The translations under genes and the position numbers were made by a program. From Lachnospiraceae bacterium UBA3633 (GTDB lineage: Bacteria; Bacillota; Clostridia; Lachnospirales; Lachnospiraceae): DNA of 64,000 nucleotides. The notes under the pieces are model-generated. The model ran no database searches. It was given only the letters and a program-made list of their open reading frames with translations, and was not told the DNA's origin. This document shows, piece after piece, positions 27,908 through 38,753 of the stretch (positions are counted from its first letter, which is position 1; every line of letters starts with the position of its first letter). The DNA is taken from positions 15,839 through 79,838 of the forward strand of contig DFKY01000003.1 of the NCBI GenBank assembly GCA_002374095.1, given 5' to 3'.

Positions 27908-28621
27908 ATGTATAATAGTAATAATTTAAAGCAAAATAAAATATATTATTCAATTTTTTCTGTGAGTTTAGTGTATTTCTTGCTATTCTCAGCATTTTAT
28001 CTTGTATGCTTTATTGACAAAGACGGATTATATAAACTTATCATGTCTGAGAGATCTTTTGAAAATCTTCCATTTGCACTGACAAACGATAATCTGAAGC
28101 TTATATCAGAAGAACTTATGAAATATATATCAGGAAGATTACAATTTCTCGAGACTAAAGTAACTATAGATGGCGTATTGACTGATTTTTATTCTGTCAG
28201 GTCAAAAATTCATATGGCAGATGTGAGAAACTTAATAGTCGCTTTTTTAAAGATTTATTATATATCCATCATGTGTCTCATCATCTCGCTTTTCAAAATC
28301 ATACGGTATGATAAGTTTTTACAAATTCTTAAAGTTATATATAAAAGAGTTGTAGTAATTATATCAATTGTGCTTACAGCAATTTTTGCTTTTGCAGCAA
28401 TTAATTTTGAGACATTTTTTATACACTTTCACGAAGTGCTTTTCACCAATGATCTATGGCTACTTGACCCATCTGAAGACTATATCATCTGTCTCTTACC
28501 AGAAAAAATCTTTATGATTTATGGTTTTAGAATCATAGTATCTATGATTATATCGATTCTTTTTTCTCTTTTTGTTCTTCAAATCGTGTCAAAAATTCAA
28601 TCTCGCCAAGAAGCCAGATAA
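27908..28621 (+). CDS. TIGR01906/DUF1461-family integral membrane protein (Lit-like)
   Basis: Polytopic membrane protein with FHEVLFTNDLWLLDPSEDYIICLLPEKIF, the hallmark segment of the family. Confidence 0.6.
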   Translation: MYNSNNLKQNKIYYSIFSVSLVYFLLFSAFYLVCFIDKDGLYKLIMSERSFENLPFALTNDNLKLISEELMKYISGRLQFLETKVTIDGVLTDFYSVRSKIHMADVRNLIVAFLKIYYISIMCLIISLFKIIRYDKFLQILKVIYKRVVVIISIVLTAIFAFAAINFETFFIHFHEVLFTNDLWLLDPSEDYIICLLPEKIFMIYGFRIIVSMIISILFSLFVLQIVSKIQSRQEAR

Positions 28622-29543
28622 CGCCTCTAAATCTTCTACCAGGAAGTGGTTCTCCCTCAAGATCCTTTTCATTGATCATAAGGTTAAACTGTAACCCCAT
28701 GGTTGACACTCTCATCTCATACATTTTTTCTTTCGTAAAATTGTTGACTTTCTGTGTCACACTAAGTATTTCTGCAACTATCTGATATTTATCGCACTCT
28801 ATGCCATGTGGTACAAGACTTGTCTCGACTATAGAGTAAAGATCTTCATTCTTTAGTCTCATTTCTTGAGACCCTACATAATTTCTTGGTAGTTTAATAC
28901 CTATACCTATACTTACTTCTTTTTTATCAATCCCATCAGAAAAATCATTTATATCATCAATAAACTTTGTAGTAATTGGTCTATCATCAAAATCATCTTC
29001 ATCATCATATATATCATCAAAGCTCTGATTTAATTTCTTTTTATCAGCAAATTCATTTACATTTTTACTTTTGTTGTCTACAGGAAGTATTATTTTTCCT
29101 TCTACAGATAATGCTGATAAGAAAATTCTATCTATCTTAATATCTGAAAACTTATATTTCTTCAAAAGGCTATTATATACATTGCCATTTGTTAGATAAA
29201 ATATAAGCGCTATGCCCATCCTATAATCATCAATTATGCCAGCATATGACTCCTTGTCACTATGCTTTTCAATAGTGCATTCCTCTATAAGAGTATAATC
29301 ATATCCTTTAAGAAAAGGATAATAAAAGTCAATTTTAGCTAAAGAGTTTTTTTCTTCTTCTCCGATAACAGATATTCCTGCACCACTACATACATCAATA
29401 TTATATTGACCGCATAATCTCATATCGCTTGTTATGTAAGTGCTTACAAGATTTTCATCTTTTAGATGTTCATCAAAAAATGAATTAATCTGTGTCACCC
29501 TTTCAAACTCACTAAATCCAACTGCTCTTAAATATTTATGCAT
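28548..29543 (-). CDS. Hypothetical protein (resembles DUF3881)
   Basis: 331-aa ORF starting MHKYLRAVGFSEF. The family assignment is from memory only. Its 3' end overlaps the convergent gene by 74 nt. Confidence 0.5.
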   Translation of the reverse strand: MHKYLRAVGFSEFERVTQINSFFDEHLKDENLVSTYITSDMRLCGQYNIDVCSGAGISVIGEEEKNSLAKIDFYYPFLKGYDYTLIEECTIEKHSDKESYAGIIDDYRMGIALIFYLTNGNVYNSLLKKYKFSDIKIDRIFLSALSVEGKIILPVDNKSKNVNEFADKKKLNQSFDDIYDDEDDFDDRPITTKFIDDINDFSDGIDKKEVSIGIGIKLPRNYVGSQEMRLKNEDLYSIVETSLVPHGIECDKYQIVAEILSVTQKVNNFTKEKMYEMRVSTMGLQFNLMINEKDLEGEPLPGRRFRGVIWLLGEIEFLTRFEEQKEKKESI

Positions 29544-29550
29544 ATTTACT

Positions 29551-29670
29551 CCTTAAAAATTCATAAAATTAAGTAAATTCTTTAAAAATATTAAAATTAG
29601 AAAAATTATTTAAATCACGAAATCTAACAAATTATAAAAAATATTAAAATAATAAAAATTTACAAAATTC
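29551..29670. repeat. Array of 13 phased A-tracts (AnT) at about 9-10 bp spacing
   Basis: A-tracts start at 29555, 565, 575, 584, 593, 601, 612, 620, 629, 636, 646, 654 and 664, immediately upstream of the gene at 28548..29543. Confidence 0.7.
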
Positions 29671-29756
29671 TTTATATATAATAAATTCTATGCATTCAAG
29701 GTAATATGTTTACTATCATTATATAAATTGTAAAAATTCGTAAAAATAATATAAAA

Positions 29757-30095
29757 TTAAAAAACTCTTACAAATGAATAAAATTCAAAATTATTCATAA
29801 AAATTATTTTGAACGCCTTTTTATTGGCTATGATTTCTTCTTTATCTTTTCTTTCCAATGCCTTTATACGATACTCAAGCTTTGAAGCAAGGCTTTTTGG
29901 ATTATCACATTTCTTCGTCTTCCAGACAGCCATCAAGTTTTTAACGCCAAATGCACTTGTGTATTTTGCACCTTTATTTTTTGTCTTGTGTTCTGTAAAT
30001 CTTCGTTCTATATCGGTAGTAATGCCAGTATAATATGCACCATTTGCACATTCTAAAATATATACATAATATGTTTTAGCTACATTTTTTTTCAT
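29757..30095 (-). CDS. GIY-YIG nuclease family protein (UPF0213-like)
   Basis: [29 protein letters not shown] is the GIY-YIG signature. Confidence 0.85.
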   Translation of the reverse strand: MKKNVAKTYYVYILECANGAYYTGITTDIERRFTEHKTKNKGAKYTSAFGVKNLMAVWKTKKCDNPKSLASKLEYRIKALERKDKEEIIANKKAFKIIFMNNFEFYSFVRVF

Positions 30096-30101
30096 ATATG
30101 T

Positions 30102-31025
30102 TTAAGTGCCTGTGCCACTAGTCAAATATCTTTGTACAGATGTTATAGCATTTGCTCCATCTGCACATGCAGTTATTACTTGTCGAAGCGCTTTTCTTCT
30201 TGCATCACCTGCTACAAAAATTCCTGGTGTAGAAGTGATACAATTTTCCGAAGCAACTATATAATCATTGTCCATCTCAACTTTACCTTTTAAAAGTGCT
30301 GTGTCTGGTGCGATACCTATACCTACAAATATTCCATCAAGTGTAAGTTCAGAAGGTATCACATCTCCTTTTCTTCTTATGAGAGCTCCTTCTACTTTTA
30401 AATCACCAATTATTGATTCAACTTGCACTTCATATAGTATCTCAACGTTTGTAAGTTTTTTTACTTCTTCTTGCAAAATTTTTGTTGCTCTCATTTCATT
30501 TCTTCTCATTATGAGATATACATGTTTTGCAATTCGCGACATAAATATAGCATCTTCTACCGCTACATCACCACCACCAATTACTCCAACCACTTTATCC
30601 TTATAAAAGGATCCATCACATGTAGCACAATACGACACTCCATTGCCTACATAATGATCTTCGCCTTCAAAACCATACTTTTTAGGACTTGCACCTGCAG
30701 CATATACTATACTTCTTGTCTCATATATATTATCTTTTGTCTTTACTTTTTTTATAGGCAAATTATAATCAATTATGTCTTCTGCTTTTTCGCTTACAAT
30801 CGTGACTCCTATTTCCATCGCATGTCTTCTCATGCTATCATATAATTCTTGCCCAGAAACATTATTAAAGCCAGGATAGTTGCATACCTCATAAGTATTG
30901 CATATCTGACTACCAATTGAATACTTATCTTGCAAAAGAAGCACATTAAGACAAGCTCTTTTTGCATATATCCCTGCGGTAAGACCTGCTGGCCCAGCTC
31001 CAATTATAATCACATCATATAGCAT
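30102..31025 (-). CDS. trxB: Thioredoxin-disulfide reductase
   Basis: IIGAGPAGLTAGIYA, the redox-active CATCDG, GGGDVAVEDA and FVAGD. Confidence 0.9.
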   Translation of the reverse strand: MLYDVIIIGAGPAGLTAGIYAKRACLNVLLLQDKYSIGSQICNTYEVCNYPGFNNVSGQELYDSMRRHAMEIGVTIVSEKAEDIIDYNLPIKKVKTKDNIYETRSIVYAAGASPKKYGFEGEDHYVGNGVSYCATCDGSFYKDKVVGVIGGGDVAVEDAIFMSRIAKHVYLIMRRNEMRATKILQEEVKKLTNVEILYEVQVESIIGDLKVEGALIRRKGDVIPSELTLDGIFVGIGIAPDTALLKGKVEMDNDYIVASENCITSTPGIFVAGDARRKALRQVITACADGANAITSVQRYLTSGTGT

Positions 31026-31041
31026 CTTTTCTCCTATCCAT

Positions 31042-31734
31042 TTATTTTAGTCCATTATTGATTTCAATAATGTCACCTGTCTTATACTGATTAGTTGAAA
31101 TGATATTATATATTTTATCAGCTACTTCTTTTGTCGTATACATTCTATTATTATCAAGCCTTTTTATAAAATCTTCTTTTTCATCACTTGTCAGATTACT
31201 ATTCATATCTGTATCAACAGCACCAAGTGCAAACGCTACAACATCGACGCTCGACTCACTATATTCTTTGGCAAGGGCCTTTGTAAAAGCATTTACACCG
31301 CCTTTTGTCATAGAATAGACAGTTTCCATTGATGCGCCAACTATCCCCCACACAGAAGAAATATTGATTATGATGCCTTCTTTCTTTTTAAGCAAAGCCT
31401 TACTTACAAGCTTTGTCGTTAAAAACATATAGTCAAGATTGGCATAAACTACCTCTTTGTACCTGTCATAACTTATGTCCTGCAAAAGCCCATAATCGCA
31501 TTTTCCTGCATTATTGATAAGTATATATATGTCATCTATGATGTCTTCTTCATCAAGCAAGCCTTTTTTTATTATCACTTTTCTACTATATTTACTTTCA
31601 ATCTCACTTTTTAATAGTGACAAAGCTTCTATACTCTTTTCGCAGGTCAAAATTAGATTGTATCCACTCTCTGCGTACTTATATGCCAAAGCTTTTCCTA
31701 TACCACGACTTGCTCCAGTAATAACTACATACAT
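31042..31734 (-). CDS. SDR-family oxidoreductase
   Basis: TGASRGIG, NNAG, and the catalytic YSMTK (YxxxK). Confidence 0.85.
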   Translation of the reverse strand: MYVVITGASRGIGKALAYKYAESGYNLILTCEKSIEALSLLKSEIESKYSRKVIIKKGLLDEEDIIDDIYILINNAGKCDYGLLQDISYDRYKEVVYANLDYMFLTTKLVSKALLKKKEGIIINISSVWGIVGASMETVYSMTKGGVNAFTKALAKEYSESSVDVVAFALGAVDTDMNSNLTSDEKEDFIKRLDNNRMYTTKEVADKIYNIISTNQYKTGDIIEINNGLK

Positions 31735-31745
31735 ACCATAAGCCC

Positions 31746-32876
31746 CTAAGATTTTATCTTTTTATATGCATCACTATAATTCTCTTCAAAATCTCCAAGA
31801 TCTTTATATAGTTCATACATCCCTATATTATCGAGATTTGGAAATATTGCTTCATCATGAAGAATGCTTTCCCCATCTCTCTCTTTTATCAATTCTATAG
31901 TTTTAAGATTTGCTATACCATAATGCATATAATCATAATTTTTAAGTGCAATCTCAGGTTCAAGCATATAATCTATCCATTTTTTTGCAAGTTCAGGATT
32001 TTTTGCATTTTTAGGTATCACCCATGCATCAATAGTGAAATTAACTCCTTCTTCAGGAAGTATATATTCATATTCATAAGGTGCCCCTTCACTTTTTATG
32101 TATTCTACTTCTCCACTATACATGACGGCTATACTGCCATTTGCTCCCACCATCTTATCGCGAAGGTCATCTATCATATAAGCATTTACTAAAGGCTTTT
32201 GCTTTATAAGATCATTTGTCGCTATATCAAGCTCATTTTGATTTTTTGTATTTAATGAAAAATGATTTTTCTTAAGTCCAACCATAAGAAGATCTCTCAT
32301 AGCATCTTGCATAAGTATCTCACCTTTATAGGATTCATCCCAGAGATCACTCCATTTATTTGGGTACTTAAGTTTTTTTCTGTCAAGCTCTGTCTTGTTG
32401 TAGATAAGCCCTAAAGTAGAATGAACATACGGCACAGCATAAGTGTTGTTCTTATCAAACGAACTCATTATATCAAGTAATCTTTTATCTATATTTTCAT
32501 AGTTAGGAAGTGTATCTATATTATATTCATAAAGCAAATCTTGGTTTATCATTTTTTCTATCATATAATCTGTAGGGCAAAGCACGTCATATACTCTTGC
32601 TCCTTTTGACACTACCGCATACATCTCTTCATTAGTATCGAACTCATCATAAACCACTTCGCAATTATACTTTTCCTTAAATGAATCTATAACAGATTTG
32701 TCAATGTATATACCCCAATTATACACATATAGTGTTTCTTTTTTAGCAGCATCATTTTTAGCACTACTGCCACATGAAGAAAGTAGAAGTAACAATGTAA
32801 AAAGAAAGATTATAAAAATTTTTTTCATTGGATTTTTCATACTTTTTAAATTATATCTAATGCTACTCTTCATCAA
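31746..32876 (-). CDS. Spermidine/putrescine ABC transporter substrate-binding lipoprotein (PotD-like)
   Basis: Lipobox LLSSCGS and [39 protein letters not shown], typical of PotD/PotF. The true start is probably an internal Met (about 32828-32840), because the longest ORF overlaps the end of lepA. No potABC genes are adjacent. Confidence 0.75.
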   Translation of the reverse strand: MMKSSIRYNLKSMKNPMKKIFIIFLFTLLLLLSSCGSSAKNDAAKKETLYVYNWGIYIDKSVIDSFKEKYNCEVVYDEFDTNEEMYAVVSKGARVYDVLCPTDYMIEKMINQDLLYEYNIDTLPNYENIDKRLLDIMSSFDKNNTYAVPYVHSTLGLIYNKTELDRKKLKYPNKWSDLWDESYKGEILMQDAMRDLLMVGLKKNHFSLNTKNQNELDIATNDLIKQKPLVNAYMIDDLRDKMVGANGSIAVMYSGEVEYIKSEGAPYEYEYILPEEGVNFTIDAWVIPKNAKNPELAKKWIDYMLEPEIALKNYDYMHYGIANLKTIELIKERDGESILHDEAIFPNLDNIGMYELYKDLGDFEENYSDAYKKIKS

Positions 32877-34683
32877 GTTTCAATACTGCCATAAAGGCTG
32901 ACTGTGGTATCTCTACAGCACCAAATTGTTTCATTCGTTTTTTCCCTTCTTTTTGTTTCTCAAGAAGTTTTTTCTTTCTTGTTATATCACCACCATAGCA
33001 TTTTGCAAGCACATCTTTTCTCAATGCCTTTATCGTCTCTCTTGCAATTATCTTGCCACCTATTGCAGCTTGAAGTGGTATCTCAAAAAGCTGTCTTGGT
33101 ATCTCTTCTTTCAGCTTTTCACACATTTTTCTGCCTCTTTCTTCAGCAGATCCGCGAAATACTATAAATGACAATGCATCTATATTTTCATGATTAACCA
33201 ATATATCAAGCTTACATAGATTTGACTTTTGATACCCTTTAAGATTATAGTCAAGTGAAGCATATCCTCGACTTCTTGATTTAAGTGCATCAAAAAAGTC
33301 ATATATTATCTCATTTAATGGCAATTCATATTTTAAAACTGCCCTATTTTCTTCTATATAATCAATATTTTGATATACTCCTCTTCTCTCTTCGCACAAT
33401 TTCATTATTGATCCTATATACTCTTTTGTAACCATAATTTCTGCATTAACTATAGGCTCTTCCATATGATCTATAAGTGATGGGTCAGGTAAATTTGTAG
33501 GATTAGTTAATATTTCCATGGTTCCATCCGTTTTATATACATGGTATACAACTGATGGTGATGTAGTGACTAAATCAAGGTCAAATTCTCTCTCAAGTCG
33601 CTCCTGTATCACATCAAGATGTAAAAGCCCAAGGAATCCACACCTAAAACCAAATCCAAGTGCCACAGATGTCTCCGGCTCATACGAAAACGCAGCATCA
33701 TTAAGCTGCAACTTTTCAAGTGCATCTCTAAGGTCAGGATACTTTTGTCCATCACTTGGATAAAGTCCACAGTATACCATAGGCGTTACTTTTTTATACC
33801 CAGGTAGTGGCAATGCTTCATTTGAAAGTTCAGTTACTGTATCTCCTACTCTTGTGTCCCTTACACTCTTTATAGATGCAGTAATATATCCCACATATCC
33901 TGGATATAAAGCATCTGTCGATATATATTTACCTGCACCAAATACTCCCACTTCTACAACTTCAAACGTAGCACCTGTTGCAATCATTTTTATTTTTGTA
34001 CCCTTTTTTACAATCCCATCAAAAACTCTTATAAAGACTATGACACCTTTATAAGAATCATATATAGAATCAAATATGAGTGCTCGAAGTGGTTTTGTCT
34101 CATCCCCACTTGGTTTCTTTATATACTTAACTATAGCTTCAAGTACATCCTTTACATTCTCACCAGTTTTCGCAGAAATTCTTGGAGCATTTTTTGTATC
34201 TATACCTATGACATCTTCTATTTCACTACATACTCTATCAGGTTCTGCTGATGGAAGATCAATTTTATTGATTACTGGTACTATATCAAGATCATGATCA
34301 AGTGCAAGATATACATTGGCAAGAGTTTGTGCCTCTATACCTTGCGCTGCATCCACAACAAGTATCGCTCCCTCACACGCTGCAAGTGATCTACTCACTT
34401 CATAAGTAAAGTCAACATGACCCGGTGTATCAATTAGATTAAAAATATACTCATTACCATCATCTGCCTTATATGTCACTCGTACAGTTTGCGACTTTAT
34501 AGTTATCCCTCTTTCTCTCTCAATATCCATATTGTCAAGAACTTGTTCTTTCATCTCACGTTCTGTAAGAGTTCCTGTCAATTCAAGAATACGATCAGCG
34601 AGAGTACTTTTGCCATGATCGATATGAGCTATTATACAAAAATTTCTTATGTTGTCTTTATTTATTTTTTCCATACTTGCCAA
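32863..34683 (-). CDS. lepA: Translation elongation factor 4 (LepA)
   Basis: [34 protein letters not shown] and the LepA-specific C-terminal domain. The track start is TTG at 34683; the ATG at 34674 (MEKINKD) is more likely. Confidence 0.95.
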   Translation of the reverse strand: MASMEKINKDNIRNFCIIAHIDHGKSTLADRILELTGTLTEREMKEQVLDNMDIERERGITIKSQTVRVTYKADDGNEYIFNLIDTPGHVDFTYEVSRSLAACEGAILVVDAAQGIEAQTLANVYLALDHDLDIVPVINKIDLPSAEPDRVCSEIEDVIGIDTKNAPRISAKTGENVKDVLEAIVKYIKKPSGDETKPLRALIFDSIYDSYKGVIVFIRVFDGIVKKGTKIKMIATGATFEVVEVGVFGAGKYISTDALYPGYVGYITASIKSVRDTRVGDTVTELSNEALPLPGYKKVTPMVYCGLYPSDGQKYPDLRDALEKLQLNDAAFSYEPETSVALGFGFRCGFLGLLHLDVIQERLEREFDLDLVTTSPSVVYHVYKTDGTMEILTNPTNLPDPSLIDHMEEPIVNAEIMVTKEYIGSIMKLCEERRGVYQNIDYIEENRAVLKYELPLNEIIYDFFDALKSRSRGYASLDYNLKGYQKSNLCKLDILVNHENIDALSFIVFRGSAEERGRKMCEKLKEEIPRQLFEIPLQAAIGGKIIARETIKALRKDVLAKCYGGDITRKKKLLEKQKEGKKRMKQFGAVEIPQSAFMAVLKLDEE

Positions 34684-34706
34684 AGGGCGGATGAAATCCG
34701 CCCTTT
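34682..34706. other. Perfect GC-rich hairpin (11-bp stem, 3-nt loop)
   Basis: AAAGGGCGGAT-GAA-ATCCGCCCTTT. On the minus strand it ends 7 nt before the lepA ATG. It could be a weak pgk terminator (only UUU follows). Confidence 0.6.
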
Positions 34707-34712
34707 TAAATT

Positions 34713-34762
34713 GGGCTTGTATAACTCGCCCTTACCTTTGGCTCGTATAACTCGCCCTTACG
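34713..34762 (-). repeat. Two tandem units of the GC-rich REP-like family (inverted orientation on the plus strand)
   Basis: The reverse complements read GTAAGGGCGAGTTATACAAGCCC (34735-34713) and CGTAAGGGCGAGTTATACGAGCC (34762-34740), with a 27-nt period. They lie between pgk and lepA. Confidence 0.8.
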
Positions 34763-34778
34763 AGTTTTTAATTATTAA

Positions 34779-35990
34779 TTATTTATCAGTTAAACACTCA
34801 ATGCCAGGAAGTGGCTCACCTTTTAAGAAATCAAGTGTAGCACCGCCACCAGTAGATACGTGAGTCATCTTAGATGCGAGTTTAAATTGATTTACTGCAG
34901 AAGCTGAATCGCCACCGCCAACTATAGTTACTGTGTCTTTAAGAAGCGACATTTGTTTTGCTATACAATAAGTTCCTACCGCATACTTTTGATTTTCAAA
35001 AAGTCCTACAGGTCCGTTCCAAAGTATAGTTTTAGCTTTCATCATATGCTTAAGCATAGTGCGGATAGTTTCAGGACCAGCATCATACCCAGAATAATTC
35101 TTATCAAAATGCTTTAGATCCATGACCTTTGCTTCTACATTAGGATTAGTTATAGGATTTGGGAAATCTTTTGCTGCTACACAGTCTACAGGAAGCACAA
35201 GTTCTTTTCCAAGCTTTTTCGCCTTTTCAACCATCTGCATGCAGTAATCAATCTTTGATTCATCAAGCATTGACTTTCCTATCTCATATCCAAAGCCTTT
35301 CATGAAAGTATATGACATACCTCCACCGATTATGACTACATCTGATCTATCAAGAGCTTTATCTATAACTTTAAGTTTATCTGCTATCTTCGATCCACCA
35401 AGTATTGTCACGAAAGGCCTCTTTGGTTTTTCTATATAATTGCAAAGCTTATCAATCTCTGCTTTTATAAGGAAACCACCTACAGATACTGGCACAAACT
35501 TTGATACACCATAAGTTGATGAGTGAGCTCTATGGCAAGTACCAAATGCATCATTGACAAATATATCTGCGAGTGATGCAAGCTCTTTAGAGAATGAATC
35601 TTCATTTTTTGATTCTTCATCTCTCCATCTTGTATTTTGAAGTAACGCAATCTGACCATTTTTAAGTTTAGAAACTTCGCTCACTACACTATCATCTACA
35701 ACTCTATCACTATTGATAAATTTTATAGGCATCTTACATGCTTTTGACAACGCTTTACATACAGGAGCTATGTCCTGTCTTTTTTCTGGTTTACCAAGGT
35801 GAGAGCAGATAACCACCTTCGCTCCATGTGTAGCAAGATACTTTATAGTAGGAACTGATGCTCTAATTCTCTGATCATCTATAATCTTACCATCAATTAT
35901 AGGTACATTAAGATCACATCTTAAAAGTACTCTTTTTCCTTTTACATTTACATCTTCGATAGTCTTTTTATTAAACTTATTTTTAGCCAT
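34779..35990 (-). CDS. pgk: Phosphoglycerate kinase
   Basis: Canonical Pgk sequence (RVLLRCDLNVP, SHLGKP, GGGDSA, STGGGA). Confidence 0.95.
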   Translation of the reverse strand: MAKNKFNKKTIEDVNVKGKRVLLRCDLNVPIIDGKIIDDQRIRASVPTIKYLATHGAKVVICSHLGKPEKRQDIAPVCKALSKACKMPIKFINSDRVVDDSVVSEVSKLKNGQIALLQNTRWRDEESKNEDSFSKELASLADIFVNDAFGTCHRAHSSTYGVSKFVPVSVGGFLIKAEIDKLCNYIEKPKRPFVTILGGSKIADKLKVIDKALDRSDVVIIGGGMSYTFMKGFGYEIGKSMLDESKIDYCMQMVEKAKKLGKELVLPVDCVAAKDFPNPITNPNVEAKVMDLKHFDKNYSGYDAGPETIRTMLKHMMKAKTILWNGPVGLFENQKYAVGTYCIAKQMSLLKDTVTIVGGGDSASAVNQFKLASKMTHVSTGGGATLDFLKGEPLPGIECLTDK

Positions 35991-36003
35991 GTCATTACCC
36001 CTT

Positions 36004-37023
36004 TTATTTTATTAACTTAGCAAAATATTTTCCAGTTCTAATCATCTGAGATGTATATGAATTTTCATTGTCATACCAAGAAACTGTCATCACTTCATAT
36101 AAGTCATCACTTACTTTATTGACCATGGTTTGAGTTGCGTCAAAAAGTGAACCATAAGTCATACCTACTATATCGCTTGATACAAGTTCTTCTTCTGTAT
36201 ATCCAAAGCTTTCATTTGAAGCTTTCTTCATAACTTCATTGATCTTTTCTTTTGTTATATCTTTTCCTTCAACAACTGCAAAAAGCATAGTTGTAGATCC
36301 TGCAGGGGTTGGTACTCTTTGAGCTGAACCTATAAGTTTTCCATTTAACTCTGGTATAACAAGTCCTATAGCTTTAGCTGCCCCAGTTGAGTTTGGTACT
36401 ATACTAAGTGCTGCCGCACGAGCACGACGAAGATCACCTTTCTTATGTGGTCCATCAAGAAGCATCTGATCAGGTGTATAAGCATGTATTGTAGACATGA
36501 TTCCTGACTTTATAGGATATGCTTTATTGAGTGCATTTGCCATTGGTGCAAGGCAATTAGTAGTGCAAGATGCTGCAGATATAATCTGGTCATCTTTTGA
36601 TAGTATCTCATGATTTACATTATAAACGATAGTCTTTAAATCGTTTCCTGCAGGAGCATTGATAACTACATGTTTTGCTCCAGCATTGATGTGTGCCATA
36701 GCCTTATCCTTACTTGCATACACTCCAGAGCATTCAAAGACTACATCTACATCGAGTTTTCCCCAAGGAAGATTATTGGCATCTTTTTCACTATAAATCT
36801 TAATAGTAGTTCCTTTTACAGTGATGCTATCATCAGAGCTTGACACTTCATCAGCATATTTGTAGCGTCCTTGTGTAGAATCATACTTGAGAAGATGAGC
36901 AAGCATCTTTGGTTCAGTTAAATCATTGAGTGCTACCACTTCAAAATCCTTATCGTCAAAAATTTGACGAAATGCTAGACGACCTATTCGTCCAAATCCA
37001 TTAATTGCAACTTTTACAGCCAT
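36004..37023 (-). CDS. gap: Glyceraldehyde-3-phosphate dehydrogenase (type I)
   Basis: INGFGRIGR, the catalytic SCTTNCLAP and WYDNE. Confidence 0.95.
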   Translation of the reverse strand: MAVKVAINGFGRIGRLAFRQIFDDKDFEVVALNDLTEPKMLAHLLKYDSTQGRYKYADEVSSSDDSITVKGTTIKIYSEKDANNLPWGKLDVDVVFECSGVYASKDKAMAHINAGAKHVVINAPAGNDLKTIVYNVNHEILSKDDQIISAASCTTNCLAPMANALNKAYPIKSGIMSTIHAYTPDQMLLDGPHKKGDLRRARAAALSIVPNSTGAAKAIGLVIPELNGKLIGSAQRVPTPAGSTTMLFAVVEGKDITKEKINEVMKKASNESFGYTEEELVSSDIVGMTYGSLFDATQTMVNKVSDDLYEVMTVSWYDNENSYTSQMIRTGKYFAKLIK

Positions 37024-37052
37024 ATTATTTCCTCCAAAATTTTATAATTATC

Positions 37053-38753
37053 TTAATATTTTTTATCAAGCACAACTTTTTTACTTATTTCAGCTTCAGT
37101 ATAATCAGCAAGGTTATTGGCATGATCTGTAACCCTTTCAAGATTGCCTATGATATCAAGAAAAACAATTCCTGCTATAGTATTGCATTCACCACTACTC
37201 ATTCTTTTTATATGATTATCACGGTATATGTCTTCAAGATCATCTACTTCTTCTTCATATTTTCTAACTTCAGCAAGTGCTTCTTTATCTTTTTCATTAA
37301 TACATTTTATAGCACACTCAACTGATTTTAGAGTAATTGACATGATATTGTCCATTTCTTTCTGTCCACTTTCAGAAAACTTCACTTCATAATTCATCAT
37401 TTGCTCGGCATTTTCAGATATGTTTTCTGCATGATCACCTATTCTCTCTATATCACTACATATAGACATGAGATGCTCTATCTCTACATGTTCTTCATCA
37501 CTTAAACTTAGATTATTGATGTCAGCAAGGTAACTTACGAGTATATCAGTGGTTTTATCTATCTGCTCTTCATGCGTAACCACCTCACGAATCAATTCTT
37601 CATTTCTATCTTTCAATATAAGGTTTACTGCTCTTTTTAGATTTTTCAAAGTATAATTGGCATAAAATACTATCTCGCGTCTTACTGTGGATATAGCAAG
37701 TGCTGGTTGGTTGAGTATACGCTTATCAAGTATAGCTTGCGTCTTCTCTGATAGATTAAAGTCTTCTTCCTCCTCAGTAGCTGTATCTGGTATTATCTTT
37801 TTAGTCATACTTACCATCATATTAGAGAAAGGAAGTAAAATTGCAGTATTGGCTAAATTAAATCCTGTATGAAACAATGATATCTCAAAAAGCGAAATCC
37901 GCGTAGCGAGCATATCTTTAAGAAGTGGATAAAATATAAGTACTACTACTGAAAATATAAGTCCACCTATCACATTGAAGAGTAGATGCAGAAGTGCTGT
38001 CCTTTTACCATTTTTACTACTATTCGCTGATGATATAATAGTGGTTACACAGGTTCCCACATTTTGCCCAACTGTTATAAAGCATGCGGCACCTTTTGAT
38101 ACAGAACCCGCAAGAGCTAAAGTCTGAAGTATAGACACTGATGCAGTAGAACTTGAAAGAATGACTGTTACTATCATACCTACAAGTATAGCAAGCACAG
38201 GATTTCTTCCTAAAATTTCAAAAGCGTCACTAAAAACTTTTGATTTTGAATATGGTAACACACCTCCAGACATAAGTGTAAGTCCTATGAAAAGGAGTCC
38301 GATCCCCACAAATATATTAGCTGAAGTCTTTGTCTTCTCTTTCTTTGTAAATACAACTATTAAACTACTTATCCCGAAAACTATAGGAGCAAAAAAATCC
38401 GGTTTAAAAATCTCTACAGCAGATCCAAGTTCTGCAAGAGCTATAATCCAAGCAGTAACGGTAGTACCAATATTTGCACCCATTATGACGCCTACTGCTT
38501 CATTTAATTTCATAAGTCCAGCATTTACAAAACCAACTACCATCACTGTAGTTGCTGCACTACTATGCATTACTATAGTAACTAAAGCACCAACCAAGAT
38601 TCCCATAAATTTATTGGCTGTAAGAAATTTTAAAACATTTGCAAGCTTTGGTCCCGCTACTTTTTGTAATCCCTCTGACATGATCTTCATGCCATAGAGA
38701 AACATTCCTACTCCACCGATAAATGTAAAAATATTACGAAAATGATCTATCAT
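37053..38753 (-). CDS. Na/Pi cotransporter family protein with C-terminal PhoU-like repeats
   Basis: The N-terminal membrane domain has duplicated Na/Pi motifs (GANIGTTVTAW, GQNVGTCVTT). The C-terminal part has PhoU-type helices (IERIGDHAENI, LERVTDHANN). Confidence 0.85.
   Translation of the reverse strand: MIDHFRNIFTFIGGVGMFLYGMKIMSEGLQKVAGPKLANVLKFLTANKFMGILVGALVTIVMHSSAATTVMVVGFVNAGLMKLNEAVGVIMGANIGTTVTAWIIALAELGSAVEIFKPDFFAPIVFGISSLIVVFTKKEKTKTSANIFVGIGLLFIGLTLMSGGVLPYSKSKVFSDAFEILGRNPVLAILVGMIVTVILSSSTASVSILQTLALAGSVSKGAACFITVGQNVGTCVTTIISSANSSKNGKRTALLHLLFNVIGGLIFSVVVLIFYPLLKDMLATRISLFEISLFHTGFNLANTAILLPFSNMMVSMTKKIIPDTATEEEEDFNLSEKTQAILDKRILNQPALAISTVRREIVFYANYTLKNLKRAVNLILKDRNEELIREVVTHEEQIDKTTDILVSYLADINNLSLSDEEHVEIEHLMSICSDIERIGDHAENISENAEQMMNYEVKFSESGQKEMDNIMSITLKSVECAIKCINEKDKEALAEVRKYEEEVDDLEDIYRDNHIKRMSSGECNTIAGIVFLDIIGNLERVTDHANNLADYTEAEISKKVVLDKKY

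Noticed and set aside
29544-30095. AT-rich spacer plus GIY-YIG gene considered as a remnant of a mobile element or homing endonuclease.
   Set aside because: The 112-aa protein matches the small stand-alone UPF0213/YazA-type GIY-YIG proteins. There is no intron, intein, terminal repeat or integrase nearby.
38161-38697. Long plus-strand ORFs lying antisense inside well-supported minus-strand genes. Examples: 38161..38697 (178 aa), 52592..53089 (165 aa), 4303..4743 (146 aa), 19859..20284 (141 aa), 44585..44974 (129 aa) and 295..633 (112 aa).
   Set aside because: They lie entirely within genes that have clear catalytic motifs. Their S/F/I/L-rich low-complexity composition is typical of shadow frames in AT-rich DNA. 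They have no SD sequences and no recognisable motifs.
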